Below are positions 6,629-15,751 of a stretch of 20,069 nucleotides of DNA, piece after piece. How positions within the stretch are numbered: position 1 is the stretch's first letter; the number at the start of each line of letters is the position of its first letter. The notes beneath the pieces are model-generated. The model was not told the DNA's origin and made no database searches. It worked only from the letters and a program-made list of their open reading frames with translations. Location of the stretch: assembly GCA_027923505.1 (NCBI GenBank), contig BROI01000007.1, positions 1,116,001-1,136,069 on the forward strand. The letters run 5' to 3'. Position numbers and translations under genes: made by a program. Origin of the DNA: Mayamaea pseudoterrestris (Eukaryota).

Positions 6629-8323
6629 ATGAATTTTAGCAGGAAAAAGCTCCAAGGCTTGATTGTGGTGCTTTTGTTTACATCCTTCGTCGCTGTGTAC
6701 TTGTCAAACCGCTCGGTTTTAGAATTCTATTCAACAGAGTTGCAAGAGTTACAAGTCTTGCTCTCCGTTCAGCTAGAAATCAAAACCAGCAAGAGCAACG
6801 CTTTGCAAATCAACAAAAGTAGACGCTACCTTCACAAGAGTGCACTTTGTCCAGCATGTCGAAATGCTTCTACAGGAGAAAATCGCTTCCCGACTTGCGA
6901 AAGTTTAGTCAGCCGATATCAATTCCTTACTGCCCCGAACAACGAGACCGAATTGGATGCTTTCTATACTGTCATGTTAAACAACAAGCAGTGCAAAATT
7001 GCTTGCAATGTTTCATGCGCTGACTCTGAGCGCACCCGAGTACTCTGGCGCATGGACGACATTGCACCTCCCGAGGTGAGTGGTCGCACCTTTTACCTGC
7101 AATCGGTTCCCGACAAGCATAGGATACCGAGAACAGCACTCTCAGACTTGGATTCCTACTTTTCAAAAGCGGAAAACTTGCATCCTCAGCGAGAATACTT
7201 TTTTGAATACAATCCAAGCATTTTAAAAATACCCGACGGCTACAAGCTGCCCGAGTCATTGACGGAGAAACCAGTCTATCTCGCGTCCTTTCGCCTCACG
7301 ACAATCCAAATGTGCGTAATGGGAACCAAAAACATGTACAATGGATCAGCATGGCCACCCGAAGGCAAAGCGCTAGGACTTGCGTTGCTGCGGGCAGACT
7401 TTAGTATCATTGCCGATGTTGCAATCGACGTGAAAGCCATTGACAAGTCTGTGCAAGACTATCGGATTTTTGAGTTTGACAACCAACTGTACTTGTCCTC
7501 GCATTATTTGATGTGGCCGTTTTGGCTAGAAACTTTCAATGGAACGGGGCATTACGGCGCTGTCAAGCTAAAGCACAAGTTTGACATCGCAAATGAACAA
7601 CAGCACCCGTTTGATGTTTACATTCGTCAAGCAGCTTCCTGCGCGCGCTACAGCAAGGGACGAAATGGGAAGAACTTGAACTTTTTCAAAGACTTGGAGA
7701 CAAATGAGATAATGATGGAGCTGCTTCCCATGGGTCCGAAAATGCGCATTGACTTGAACAAGTCATGCGATTGGAATGGCGAACCCCAGGAGCCGGACAC
7801 GGAACCTCCTTCTGTTTCCGAAGCTACCTTTCGGACCATGGAAGAGCTTCACTACGGCACTTCCAGTCTCTTCTGGAATGATCGAGGTAGTGCTTGCTGT
7901 GTGTCAATAGCAGATCCTCGCAACGTTACTGGTCCGCCGCTGCTCCTTGGCATTGCCCATGGGAAGACGCTGAAAGGACCTTATAATGGCTTTGCGCATC
8001 AGTATACGTCAAGTTTTTACGCCATGGAATCTGTTCGTCCGTACGGTGTTGTTGCGAAAACTGGTCGATTTTGCCTTGGTTTTCCTTCCGAGCATGAAGA
8101 AGACAACCCATACGCGCGGCTAAACATGAGAACTCTTTTCGTTGGTGAGTCTGTTAATTGTCCTCGCATTCACTTTGTGAGTGGAATGCTAGAAAAGGCG
8201 GATGACCCATCAATACTGGTAATTGGCTATGGCGTTAACGATTGTGCTCCACGGATCGTCCAAGTAGAGAAAGAGTATGTCATACGACTCTTGTTTCCTA
8301 CCGACGAGATGGAGTTGAAGTAG
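6629..8323 (+). CDS. Type II membrane protein (564 aa) with Cys-rich stem and probable five-bladed beta-propeller glycan-active domain (GH130-like / beta-mannosyltransferase-like)
   Basis: Basic N-terminus plus hydrophobic anchor (RKKLQGLIVVLLFTSFVAVYL) and Cys cluster (CPAC...TCE...CKIACNVSC). Then the motif series YNPSI, YLASFR, DYRIF, KNLNFF, RGSACC, LLGIAH, FYAM..PY.VV, IHFVSGM, LVIGYGVNDC, which resembles propeller glycosidase/transferase blades. The gene is secure; the family call is from pattern recall only. Confidence 0.6.
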   Translation: MNFSRKKLQGLIVVLLFTSFVAVYLSNRSVLEFYSTELQELQVLLSVQLEIKTSKSNALQINKSRRYLHKSALCPACRNASTGENRFPTCESLVSRYQFLTAPNNETELDAFYTVMLNNKQCKIACNVSCADSERTRVLWRMDDIAPPEVSGRTFYLQSVPDKHRIPRTALSDLDSYFSKAENLHPQREYFFEYNPSILKIPDGYKLPESLTEKPVYLASFRLTTIQMCVMGTKNMYNGSAWPPEGKALGLALLRADFSIIADVAIDVKAIDKSVQDYRIFEFDNQLYLSSHYLMWPFWLETFNGTGHYGAVKLKHKFDIANEQQHPFDVYIRQAASCARYSKGRNGKNLNFFKDLETNEIMMELLPMGPKMRIDLNKSCDWNGEPQEPDTEPPSVSEATFRTMEELHYGTSSLFWNDRGSACCVSIADPRNVTGPPLLLGIAHGKTLKGPYNGFAHQYTSSFYAMESVRPYGVVAKTGRFCLGFPSEHEEDNPYARLNMRTLFVGESVNCPRIHFVSGMLEKADDPSILVIGYGVNDCAPRIVQVEKEYVIRLLFPTDEMELK

Positions 8324-8621
8324 TATGTCTCAGGGAATATGTTATTTGACGCATGCTGCGTCGCTCGCTGATAGTGAGATTCTACGCCTGGGCGTTACAA
8401 CGACTACCGGTGCCGTGACACGCGAGAGCAGGAAAATTTTAACCGTGTCTATCGAAGTTCAAAATTGCAGTGCTGATTGGCTTTCGCGCGCAAACACCAG
8501 CCGACAATGGAAAAGCTTACAGCCTTAGCTATTATGCGCACTTTTGCATGCATTCGTAACGTAGATAGGGAGGATTGCTGCCAATCAGCAGTCTCATTGT
8601 CAAAAGCCCGTCTATTGGAGC

Positions 8622-9981
8622 TCAACGTCGAAACTGGCCGTTCCGCACCGCTCGGTCTAGAGCAAATCGCAAGCTCCTCCAAAGGGGCAACCACAGAAAC
8701 GGTGTATAGCAATAATGGACGCAGTCATTCGTCGGATGCATGTCGAGAAGCGGTAACGTATACTGCCGAAACGGAATCAAAATCAGTTCGTGTCGCTCAG
8801 GATTCGTTGGAGTGGTGTGAAAACTAGGGTCACTTGCGTCAAGAATGGTCGCGTTCATGCTCCGCACGAGCTGCTCCGTGCGATCAAGAAAGTACGAAGT
8901 GTTGTGGTACTCTGACTCGTTGATGGGGTGACAAAGCGGTCCATCTCCAAGTTTTTTGTCGTAATGACCCCCAGGCGTTTGAAAATGCGTTGTAATAGTT
9001 TCCTTCCAGATCACAAGTGGTACCTTTTGAAATAAATATTCCAGTGTCGATTGTAGTTGTTCTTGAAAGATGTGCATTTCATTTGCAACATGATAATGCA
9101 AGCCATGGTTGAGCAATACAATATCCGCCGGATACATTGCCAGAAGGTTATCATAGATGGCAGCGTCAGCTCGATACACATTCATAAAGCGGATAGTCGT
9201 CTGCAACTGGCCATGAGAGACAATCATATGATGTGTGGTCTGCCAGAAACTTAGCGGCCCTTTATACTCTCTCTGTTCGCGAAAGGATGAAACGTTGTAC
9301 CCTCGCCTTCGTAAATTACACTCCCATCCGGTGGCTACTTGACGCAAAATCGAATCGCCGACAAAAGCTAGGGTGAGATTATGTCGCAGCAGCAGGTGAA
9401 CTATCTGACATGAATCACATTTTCGCAAAGTGTTTGATGGAAGTGGGTGCTGCTTAAGCCACTCGATTGAAACGTTTTGAGTACGTTCATAAGGAAGACG
9501 CTGGAATGTAGCGGCAAAAATATGTTAGTCGCTATTGCTTGAGCAAGTGTACGCGCAAGTTGCAAGGAAAGCATTTTACCATGGTTTCCGGTGCATTGAG
9601 ACACCACTTAGAATCCCATTTGACATCGAAAATGCGGGAGGAACTGCCGAGGCAGCAATAGTTTGGCGCACCGCCAGGGGGCGCGCAAGTTCTAACTAGC
9701 CCCACGCCACTATCTAGTTCCCACTCTTGCAGTGGCAAGTATTCCAAGTGAGGTGAAAAGGAGCTGCTTTCGTCGTGAGTCAGAGGATCGTTAGCAACGT
9801 CATGGTGTTTTTCGAAAAGGAAGAAATGGTTTATTATTGGTTCCATCGGGCCTTCACTGGCGGAACGCATACGCCGAAGCTGAGTTATACAATAGATCAA
9901 CAATACTATGCTAGCAGGGATCCTGTATCTGCGGACAGTGCTGTATTTCTTATCCTTAGAGGCAGGCGACATGGCCCACAT
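8622..9981 (-). CDS. SGNH-fold PC-esterase / trichome-birefringence-like (TBL) putative polysaccharide O-acyltransferase/esterase; two exons, join(9981..9580, 9500..8622), ~426 aa
   Basis: Exon 1 encodes an N-terminal membrane anchor (RRYRIPASIVLLIYCITQL). Exon 2 encodes FVGDSILRQ (GDS at 9351-9359), LLNHGLHY, IWKET...HF...GG and DCVHYC (DxxH at 8715-8726). Splicing out 9501-9579 joins the two ORF-track fragments in frame (...APETM|RLPYERTQ...TLRKCDSC). The start may be 9981 or 9972. Confidence 0.82.
9501..9579 (-). other. 79-bp spliceosomal intron, phase 0
   Basis: Minus strand: donor ATG|GTAAAA at 9579, branch point GACTAAC at ~9530-9524, acceptor TACATTCCAG| ending at 9501. Removal restores the reading frame. 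Confidence 0.85.
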
Positions 9982-10188
9982 CCTGCTTGATCCCACTGAT
10001 GAAGCGTCGTCGTTCCTTTTTAAACCGCGTTGGTTTTGGGGTCGATTTTCCGAATGGCAAAACCACAATTCAAAAGATTTTCAGTACCGTAGCGACTTAT
10101 TACTTGAAGTCGTACCACTACTGACGCTCAGTTACGCAGATTCTCAAAGATCGCATGCGGCAACGCAAAACATGGCACAATAGACAAC

Positions 10189-11712
10189 ATGAAGCCAGTG
10201 TTTCAGTATGTTGTACTTCTTCTGTTTATACTTATACAAATTGCATCTGCAGGTATTCCAAGAAAAGCCAGTTATTTTCCTCAGCTCGTCGACCATGATG
10301 ACGAGAACGACCATCGCCTTTGGTCACTTTGGTCGCAGCGATTCTATTCGCTCGGCGAACATTTTAAAGGACCCGGCTCGCCCATTTTCCTAATACTTGG
10401 AGGAGAGGGAGCCATTGAACCTTCGACTGGTATATTATATCCATTCATTGCCAATGATCTAGCCGTGAGTTTCAATGCCTTTATTCTCCAACCGGAGCAC
10501 CGCTTCTATGGCGAATCACAACCAATCAGCAAGGAGGAAATCACTAGAGCTCGAGCAAATGGACTACCGGATCCTCGCATCAAACTACTAAGTCCAGATC
10601 AAGCCATTCGCGATGCCTTGCGTCTTTTACAATTCGTCAGCAATCGCCTCGGATGCAGTAGTGACCGCTTTTCGTCAAAATATTGTCCTGTCATTGCGGT
10701 TGGTGGCTCGTATCCAGCCTTTTTGGCCGCCATGGCTCGGACTGCCTATCCTCACATGGTTGACATGGCATATGCGGCATCGCCACCAATGAAGTTTTAC
10801 GCGCAGACGATTGAAACGGGTGACGAATACTACGAGCACATTACGGAACAAACCGAACAGGCGTTTCCCGGATGCGCGCAAGCGGTACAAACGACACTGC
10901 AAGGCGCCGTCGAACGACTGGTTGAGCTACAAACTTTGGACGAAACGTTGTTTGGTGCTTGCGGCAATACCCTTCCGGCTTATATAAACAGCACGCAAAC
11001 CCTTGTCGACGAAATTGTCATGATGGTAGGATACACCTTTGCCAATTTCAACATGGCTTACTATCCACCATCCAACAAGACCCAAATGGCGCATTCTTGC
11101 CAAACGTTCATGAACGAGCAAGTAACTGACCCGCTGTCTCGACTCGAGAACTTTTTTCGGTACGCCTTTACCAAAAACAACAACGCCACTTGCTTTGACA
11201 TGTCACAGCAACTACCGACGGGCGAATACGCAACGATATCGGCGGGCGACTGGAGCGGCGTGGGAGCCGGATCATCGGGCGAATCGTGGGACTTTCAGAC
11301 GTGTACCAGATGCGTCGAACGGATCAACATGGCGGGCTTTTTGCCGAAACGCAACTGGTCAATGGATTGGCTGAATGAGCATTGTCAGCGACGATTCAAT
11401 GTACATCCAACTCCCTATGAGCTTGTTGAGAAATGGCATTTTGATGATTTGGTGGCTGCTGGTGCTAGCCACATTTTGTTCACGAATGGTCTTGTTGATG
11501 GTTGGTCAGTGGCGGGGATCAAAAGCAATCTCTCAGATACGCAAGTGGCTATCAATTTCGAAAATGGAGCTCATCACAGCGATTTATCTTACTACAAAGG
11601 CTTGCATGATGATGCCACGGACGATGTTAAGCAAGGACGCACTCGTATACGCGCCCTTTTGGCTCAGTGGCTGCACGAGCTGCCTGGTGGATCGGTTGTT
11701 TACAAGAATTGA
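10189..11712 (+). CDS. Peptidase family S28 serine carboxypeptidase (lysosomal Pro-X carboxypeptidase-like), secreted, 507 aa
   Basis: Signal peptide (MKPVFQYVVLLLFILIQIASA). S28 motifs F.Q.VDH, PIFLILGGEG, EHRFYGES, nucleophile GGSYPA (10702-10719), WDFQTC, ILFTNGLVDGWS (Asp) and GAHHSDL (His). Confidence 0.93.
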   Translation: MKPVFQYVVLLLFILIQIASAGIPRKASYFPQLVDHDDENDHRLWSLWSQRFYSLGEHFKGPGSPIFLILGGEGAIEPSTGILYPFIANDLAVSFNAFILQPEHRFYGESQPISKEEITRARANGLPDPRIKLLSPDQAIRDALRLLQFVSNRLGCSSDRFSSKYCPVIAVGGSYPAFLAAMARTAYPHMVDMAYAASPPMKFYAQTIETGDEYYEHITEQTEQAFPGCAQAVQTTLQGAVERLVELQTLDETLFGACGNTLPAYINSTQTLVDEIVMMVGYTFANFNMAYYPPSNKTQMAHSCQTFMNEQVTDPLSRLENFFRYAFTKNNNATCFDMSQQLPTGEYATISAGDWSGVGAGSSGESWDFQTCTRCVERINMAGFLPKRNWSMDWLNEHCQRRFNVHPTPYELVEKWHFDDLVAAGASHILFTNGLVDGWSVAGIKSNLSDTQVAINFENGAHHSDLSYYKGLHDDATDDVKQGRTRIRALLAQWLHELPGGSVVYKN

Positions 11713-11899
11713 CGGCACTAATTATGTCTTCGCATCTTTTGGAGATATTGCTGTTTTTGTTTGTTTTGTCTCTTGTATATAAACTTACATGATAAACATA
11801 TCGTCTATTCTATCGAAGCGGAAAGCTAGTGTTGGCTTGCGGATGCCGACATAGCTAAGAAGCGCCCAGTGTCACGCCTACACTTTCTCCTACAGTAAA

Positions 11900-11930
11900 T
11901 TCAAATTTGAAATGGACCAATCGACGTCAC
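11900..11930. promoter_or_regulatory. Candidate promoter cluster: palindrome TTCAAATTTGAA, CCAAT box, (T)GACGTC bZIP-type site
   Basis: TTCAAATTTGAA at 11900-11911, CCAAT at 11917-11921 and GACGTCAC at 11923-11930, about 80-110 bp upstream of the ATG at 12012. Function is inferred only. Confidence 0.35.
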
Positions 11931-12011
11931 GGTAGCGAGAGGTGATGGTCGTTGGGCTGCACCTTTGATGATGTGACAATTCGACACCCGTCATCACAAC
12001 CATAGTAAGCC

Positions 12012-13691
12012 ATGAGGAATATACAGCTGATAGTCACGTCATGTTCAATGCTCTTAACTGCTGGAGCATTACAACAGGAAGCTGTTCTCTATACGGTCGA
12101 AAGCTTCCTTGCTGGCAAGGGCAGCAAGAGTGGTGCACAAGCTGTCGCGTGGCTTCGAAATTTGTTGCCACCAACAAGGACGGACGAAGATGCTACAAAT
12201 TCCGTGACCCATCATCTTTACGATGTTTCCGCCTTTCAATCCATTCATGACCGGCAAGCGAGAAGAGGCATTTTGGACCGCTTCAAGACTAGCACAACCA
12301 GAGGAGGTTCTTCGGTGCTCGACGACGAAGACCAGAGTAGCACTAATTCCATTCTCGCACCAACGTCGCACAAGAAGCCATACTCTATCACGACGACACT
12401 TGTACATGGATCTGGCGAGACGAGTCTGATAGCCGGATGTGACATAATTGAGGCCAAGCAAACGACGCGACTCATTGCTCTTTGGGACGACAATACGCCG
12501 GCGCTGTGGAAAACCTGCGCGTTCCTGAGTGACACCTTAATCGTCGGATTGATCGAGCGAACGACCATCTCTCCATTGCTGACGCAGGCATTGCAAGCGG
12601 GGCTAGTAGCGCGCAAGGCCCAAAAACTATCCAAGCCACGCTTGGTGTTTGCGCTGCATTCAGACCCGAACTCAAAGGATGAATTGAACGAGTGGAAGGA
12701 ACAGCTTGTTATAAATGAATTATCTGGAATATCTGAACGACTCGTTGATAGCTTTCAGGTCATGGCGGTCGACGACCTGCGGACTCAAAAGCCGAAATCT
12801 CGCAGAGGCGGTGTTTCAAAGGTTGCCGAGCCAGAAGCGTTTCCTCGGCTGATGGAACAAGTACACAGCTCGTTTGGCGGCTTTGATGAATCACTGCTCA
12901 AATTGACGGAGAAGAGAGAGATACAGGAACCATTGCAAGAATTCTCAGCCACACCGGTGGAAGGGAAAGCTCCTGCACCTAAACAAACAGAGGCAGTTGC
13001 GGCTGTAGAGACTTACCTCGATGCGACATCCATTCTCGAAACTGCATTGCAGCATCTTGAATTGCTTCAGGAGCAGCAAGACAATGCCTCTTTGGAAGCC
13101 CAGGCTGGCGCCATGCCTATGGACTTTGCGTCAAAGACAGCGCCGATACTCGAACTAATTGCATCAAACATGAGCGAGCTTCCCGTGGAGGAGCAGGCCG
13201 TCCTTCAGCAGCAAATTGGAGTACACATTCAGCAACTATACCAGCAGCAACTATCATCGCTGCGAGACTATTATGGTCGCTTGTACGAAGCAATGTTGGA
13301 CAAGACTGACAATGAAAAGGAATGGAAAAGCAGTGTCAACAAGGTGCTGGACCAGTTTCGCAAAGCAGCGGCTGCCGCTGTTCCTGCAAATGTCAAGGCG
13401 TTTGGAGAACTTGATTTGCAGTATTTGAGTAGCTGCGCTGCTACGGGACTTCGTGACGATATGGTGCAAGCAATGGAACTTCGCCAAACCCTGGAGTTGG
13501 AGAGTGACGACGATGAAGGGACTGGAGTCAGCGGCGAGCCGAAGAAAACGTTACCAATGTGGTACAAGAAGCTCGCCGCGCGCGGCTTGGTTTTGGGTAT
13601 AAATTATTTTCAAGGTTGGCTAGCGTGGCAGGGAATCAAGCGTGCAGCGCTGCAAAGAGAAAGGAATTTGCCCAAATTTCCCTTGTTTTAG
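12012..13691 (+). CDS. Hypothetical protein (559 aa) with possible N-terminal signal peptide, helical C-terminal half and hydrophobic/amphipathic C-terminal segment
   Basis: Long uninterrupted ATG-TAG ORF with natural composition. C-terminus WYKKLAARGLVLGINYFQGWLAWQGIKRAALQRERNLPKFPLF. No family confidently recognised. Confidence 0.8.
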   Translation: MRNIQLIVTSCSMLLTAGALQQEAVLYTVESFLAGKGSKSGAQAVAWLRNLLPPTRTDEDATNSVTHHLYDVSAFQSIHDRQARRGILDRFKTSTTRGGSSVLDDEDQSSTNSILAPTSHKKPYSITTTLVHGSGETSLIAGCDIIEAKQTTRLIALWDDNTPALWKTCAFLSDTLIVGLIERTTISPLLTQALQAGLVARKAQKLSKPRLVFALHSDPNSKDELNEWKEQLVINELSGISERLVDSFQVMAVDDLRTQKPKSRRGGVSKVAEPEAFPRLMEQVHSSFGGFDESLLKLTEKREIQEPLQEFSATPVEGKAPAPKQTEAVAAVETYLDATSILETALQHLELLQEQQDNASLEAQAGAMPMDFASKTAPILELIASNMSELPVEEQAVLQQQIGVHIQQLYQQQLSSLRDYYGRLYEAMLDKTDNEKEWKSSVNKVLDQFRKAAAAAVPANVKAFGELDLQYLSSCAATGLRDDMVQAMELRQTLELESDDDEGTGVSGEPKKTLPMWYKKLAARGLVLGINYFQGWLAWQGIKRAALQRERNLPKFPLF

Positions 13692-13966
13692 AATGTATGG
13701 TTTTGTCGGACTGCACAGCGCCACAAACAAAACTCTTAAGCATTATTCATATAGTAAGTGTCAAATGATGCTGCATTTATGCGTGTGTAGAGTACAGGAT
13801 GAGCTCGCGGCATAGACTTGCACGATAGGTAGCGGTAATGTGAAGCGGTGCGACAACCACAAATGTGGCCAACGACAATGAGCGACTGAGCGATCAGAAA
13901 TTGACGTGAAGGCTATCACACAGCTTTTGATTCAAATACGAGAGCTCGACGGCGCATATATTAAGC

Positions 13967-15043
13967 ATGGCCGAAGACATTAGCGCTTCATTGAGTGAGG
14001 AAAATCCTCGACCTGCGAAGAATACTAAATTTACGGCGCCGCAAAACGTTAGCCATGGTCCGACCATCACGACAGCAACAACGGCAGCTGCATCGCGCAA
14101 CGGCGGAGACCCAGACATGACGCAAACATCAAAACAGTCACGTAATGGAAAGTTACGACGCCCAAAGCATCTAAATAGGGCAATAGATCCTAACATTCTC
14201 CGTGGGAGCTACACGATCGAGAATGATCCCTTTCCCACCATTCTACGATGTCGGGCGCACCAGCATGGCTGGATACCTTCGATACTTGATTGGAATTTTG
14301 AATGCCCGCGCTACACTACCGAGCAAGAGAATGCGCTTCGTCAACTACTGCTTGTGAACGAGAAGAAGGAACGCGGCATGATGCTTCGTCAGCCTGCCGA
14401 ACGCTTGACAGACATTATGCAAGCCTGTGAAACGCACAATGTTTCTCTCCATGCTGCCCTTTCTCTCCGACGACACTGTATAAAATGGAACCATCCCAAA
14501 ATACCATTGAAAGCTCTTGGACTTGGTGATGAAGCAAAGATTCGTGAGAGCGCAGAGCGATTTGAAAGGGCCGTTGGCAACTTTTTGGTCCAGCAAAACG
14601 TACGATATTTTAGCGAACGGGAGCAGAGTCGCGTCAATCGCAACTGCCGACCATACCCTCCAACTCCTGACTTTATATTGCACTATCCGGTGACGCTGCG
14701 GCGAGTATGTCATGGCGACGGCAGCTGTAGTAAGGACGATGTTGAAGTGACGCATATAATTCATTGGATGGAAGCAAAAATGTACTACGGCGCCAATACA
14801 GTACCTTGCGACGACGCAAGGTCCGCCAATGGAACCATTCTGCCGACTGCGGAAAAATATGTTCGTGTCTTTGGTCCGGGCGCGATGGTATTCATGCATG
14901 GTTGCGGGCGAGACTTGGCCAATCAACTCTTGGAATTTGGGGTGGTTGCGTTGGATGGATCGACGGGTAATTTGGACTTGGAACGAGTGCATGCGCATCA
15001 ACGAACATGGTGTGCCAATAAAGATGGTTTGATTTTGCCGTGA
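13967..15043 (+). CDS. CDIN1: CDAN1-interacting nuclease 1 (C15orf41)-like TPD-motif PD-(D/E)xK nuclease, 358 aa
   Basis: FERAVGNFL...V.YFSEREQ...TPDFIL.YPV (TPD at 14663)...IIHWMEAKMYYG (EAK at 14771)...KYVRVFGPGAMVFMHG matches the CDIN1 pattern TPDFIL..PV....IHWIESKASFG...Y.NRFGPGLVIYWYG. Confidence 0.8.
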   Translation: MAEDISASLSEENPRPAKNTKFTAPQNVSHGPTITTATTAAASRNGGDPDMTQTSKQSRNGKLRRPKHLNRAIDPNILRGSYTIENDPFPTILRCRAHQHGWIPSILDWNFECPRYTTEQENALRQLLLVNEKKERGMMLRQPAERLTDIMQACETHNVSLHAALSLRRHCIKWNHPKIPLKALGLGDEAKIRESAERFERAVGNFLVQQNVRYFSEREQSRVNRNCRPYPPTPDFILHYPVTLRRVCHGDGSCSKDDVEVTHIIHWMEAKMYYGANTVPCDDARSANGTILPTAEKYVRVFGPGAMVFMHGCGRDLANQLLEFGVVALDGSTGNLDLERVHAHQRTWCANKDGLILP

Positions 15044-15058
15044 AGGGATCCGTTCGTA

Positions 15059-15076
15059 AAGCGATTGCAATCGCTT
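15059..15076. repeat. Perfect 18-bp palindrome AAGCGATTGCAATCGCTT between convergent genes
   Basis: The sequence equals its own reverse complement and lies 15 bp after the CDIN1-like stop codon. Confidence 0.8.
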
Positions 15077-15151
15077 GCCCATATACGATTTTTTCTCTCG
15101 ACAAATAATAACGCAACCACTAGCTAGTAAATCATGCTCTTCTATCTTTAA

Positions 15152-15751
15152 TTACGCCCTCGGCTGCTTTTGCAAGTCTTCCATTCCCTTTCTGATCATT
15201 TCCTTCACTGCCTCATCGCCATCGGCAGCAAACGGATCCTTCATTGGATTCGGCTCAAAGTCAACATTCGGCTCGCCGACCAACTCCCACATTCTAACCT
15301 TTAAATACGTATCAAGCGCCACCATTTCATCCCTCGCCATGTCAATGAGCTCCTCCACTTGTCCCATATTGACGGCGTCCTCCACCGCCTCTGGATCGTT
15401 TGGATGCGCCTTGGCTTGCGCCAAGCAAAAGTTGCACCACTTGGTGACATCGATACGGTACTGCGCCGTCTCCGGCATGTCGGATGCCTCCATTTTATCC
15501 AATAGCGCTTGAAACTCCTGGTGCATGACGTTGTACCAGTTTGGCTCCACGGCGAGTCCAACGTAACCCGTCGCGGTTTTGCCCTTACCAACGCCTGGAG
15601 TAAAGGGCTTTTCGGATGCAGCAGCGGGAGCAATGGAGAAGGAGCGCAGCAATGGTCTTGCAGCGGCTGATGGTGCTCGATGCATCAAGCGATTGCCGCG
15701 TGACGCTAGCGCGCGTGCGGAAGCTCGAAGGGCGGCGGCAGGTAGCGTCAT
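15152..15751 (-). CDS. NDUFA5: NADH:ubiquinone oxidoreductase (complex I) accessory subunit NDUFA5/B13, with mitochondrial presequence
   Basis: Arg/Ala/Ser-rich acid-free N-terminus. KTATGYVGLAVEP, MPETAQYR, VEDAVNMGQVEELIDMARDEM and MWE match the NDUFA5 family. Confidence 0.92.
   Translation of the reverse strand: MTLPAAALRASARALASRGNRLMHRAPSAAARPLLRSFSIAPAAASEKPFTPGVGKGKTATGYVGLAVEPNWYNVMHQEFQALLDKMEASDMPETAQYRIDVTKWCNFCLAQAKAHPNDPEAVEDAVNMGQVEELIDMARDEMVALDTYLKVRMWELVGEPNVDFEPNPMKDPFAADGDEAVKEMIRKGMEDLQKQPRA

Noticed and set aside
8325..8827. Short ORFs between and overlapping the convergent genes at 8323 and 8622
   Set aside because: No recognisable motifs. They overlap a well-supported gene or its 3' region.
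9401..9607. 68-aa minus-strand ORF as a separate exon or gene
   Set aside because: It spans the 9501-9579 intron in a different frame. The spliced model explains the region.
12110..12135. AGKGSKSG as a P-loop
   Set aside because: It does not fit GxxxxGK(S/T).
13766..13891. ATGATG...CTGA as a box C/D snoRNA
   Set aside because: The C box is imperfect (ATGATGC), with no terminal stem and no recognisable rRNA guide.
14345..15082. 245-aa minus-strand ORF
   Set aside because: Antisense to the CDIN1-like gene, non-ATG start, no motifs.
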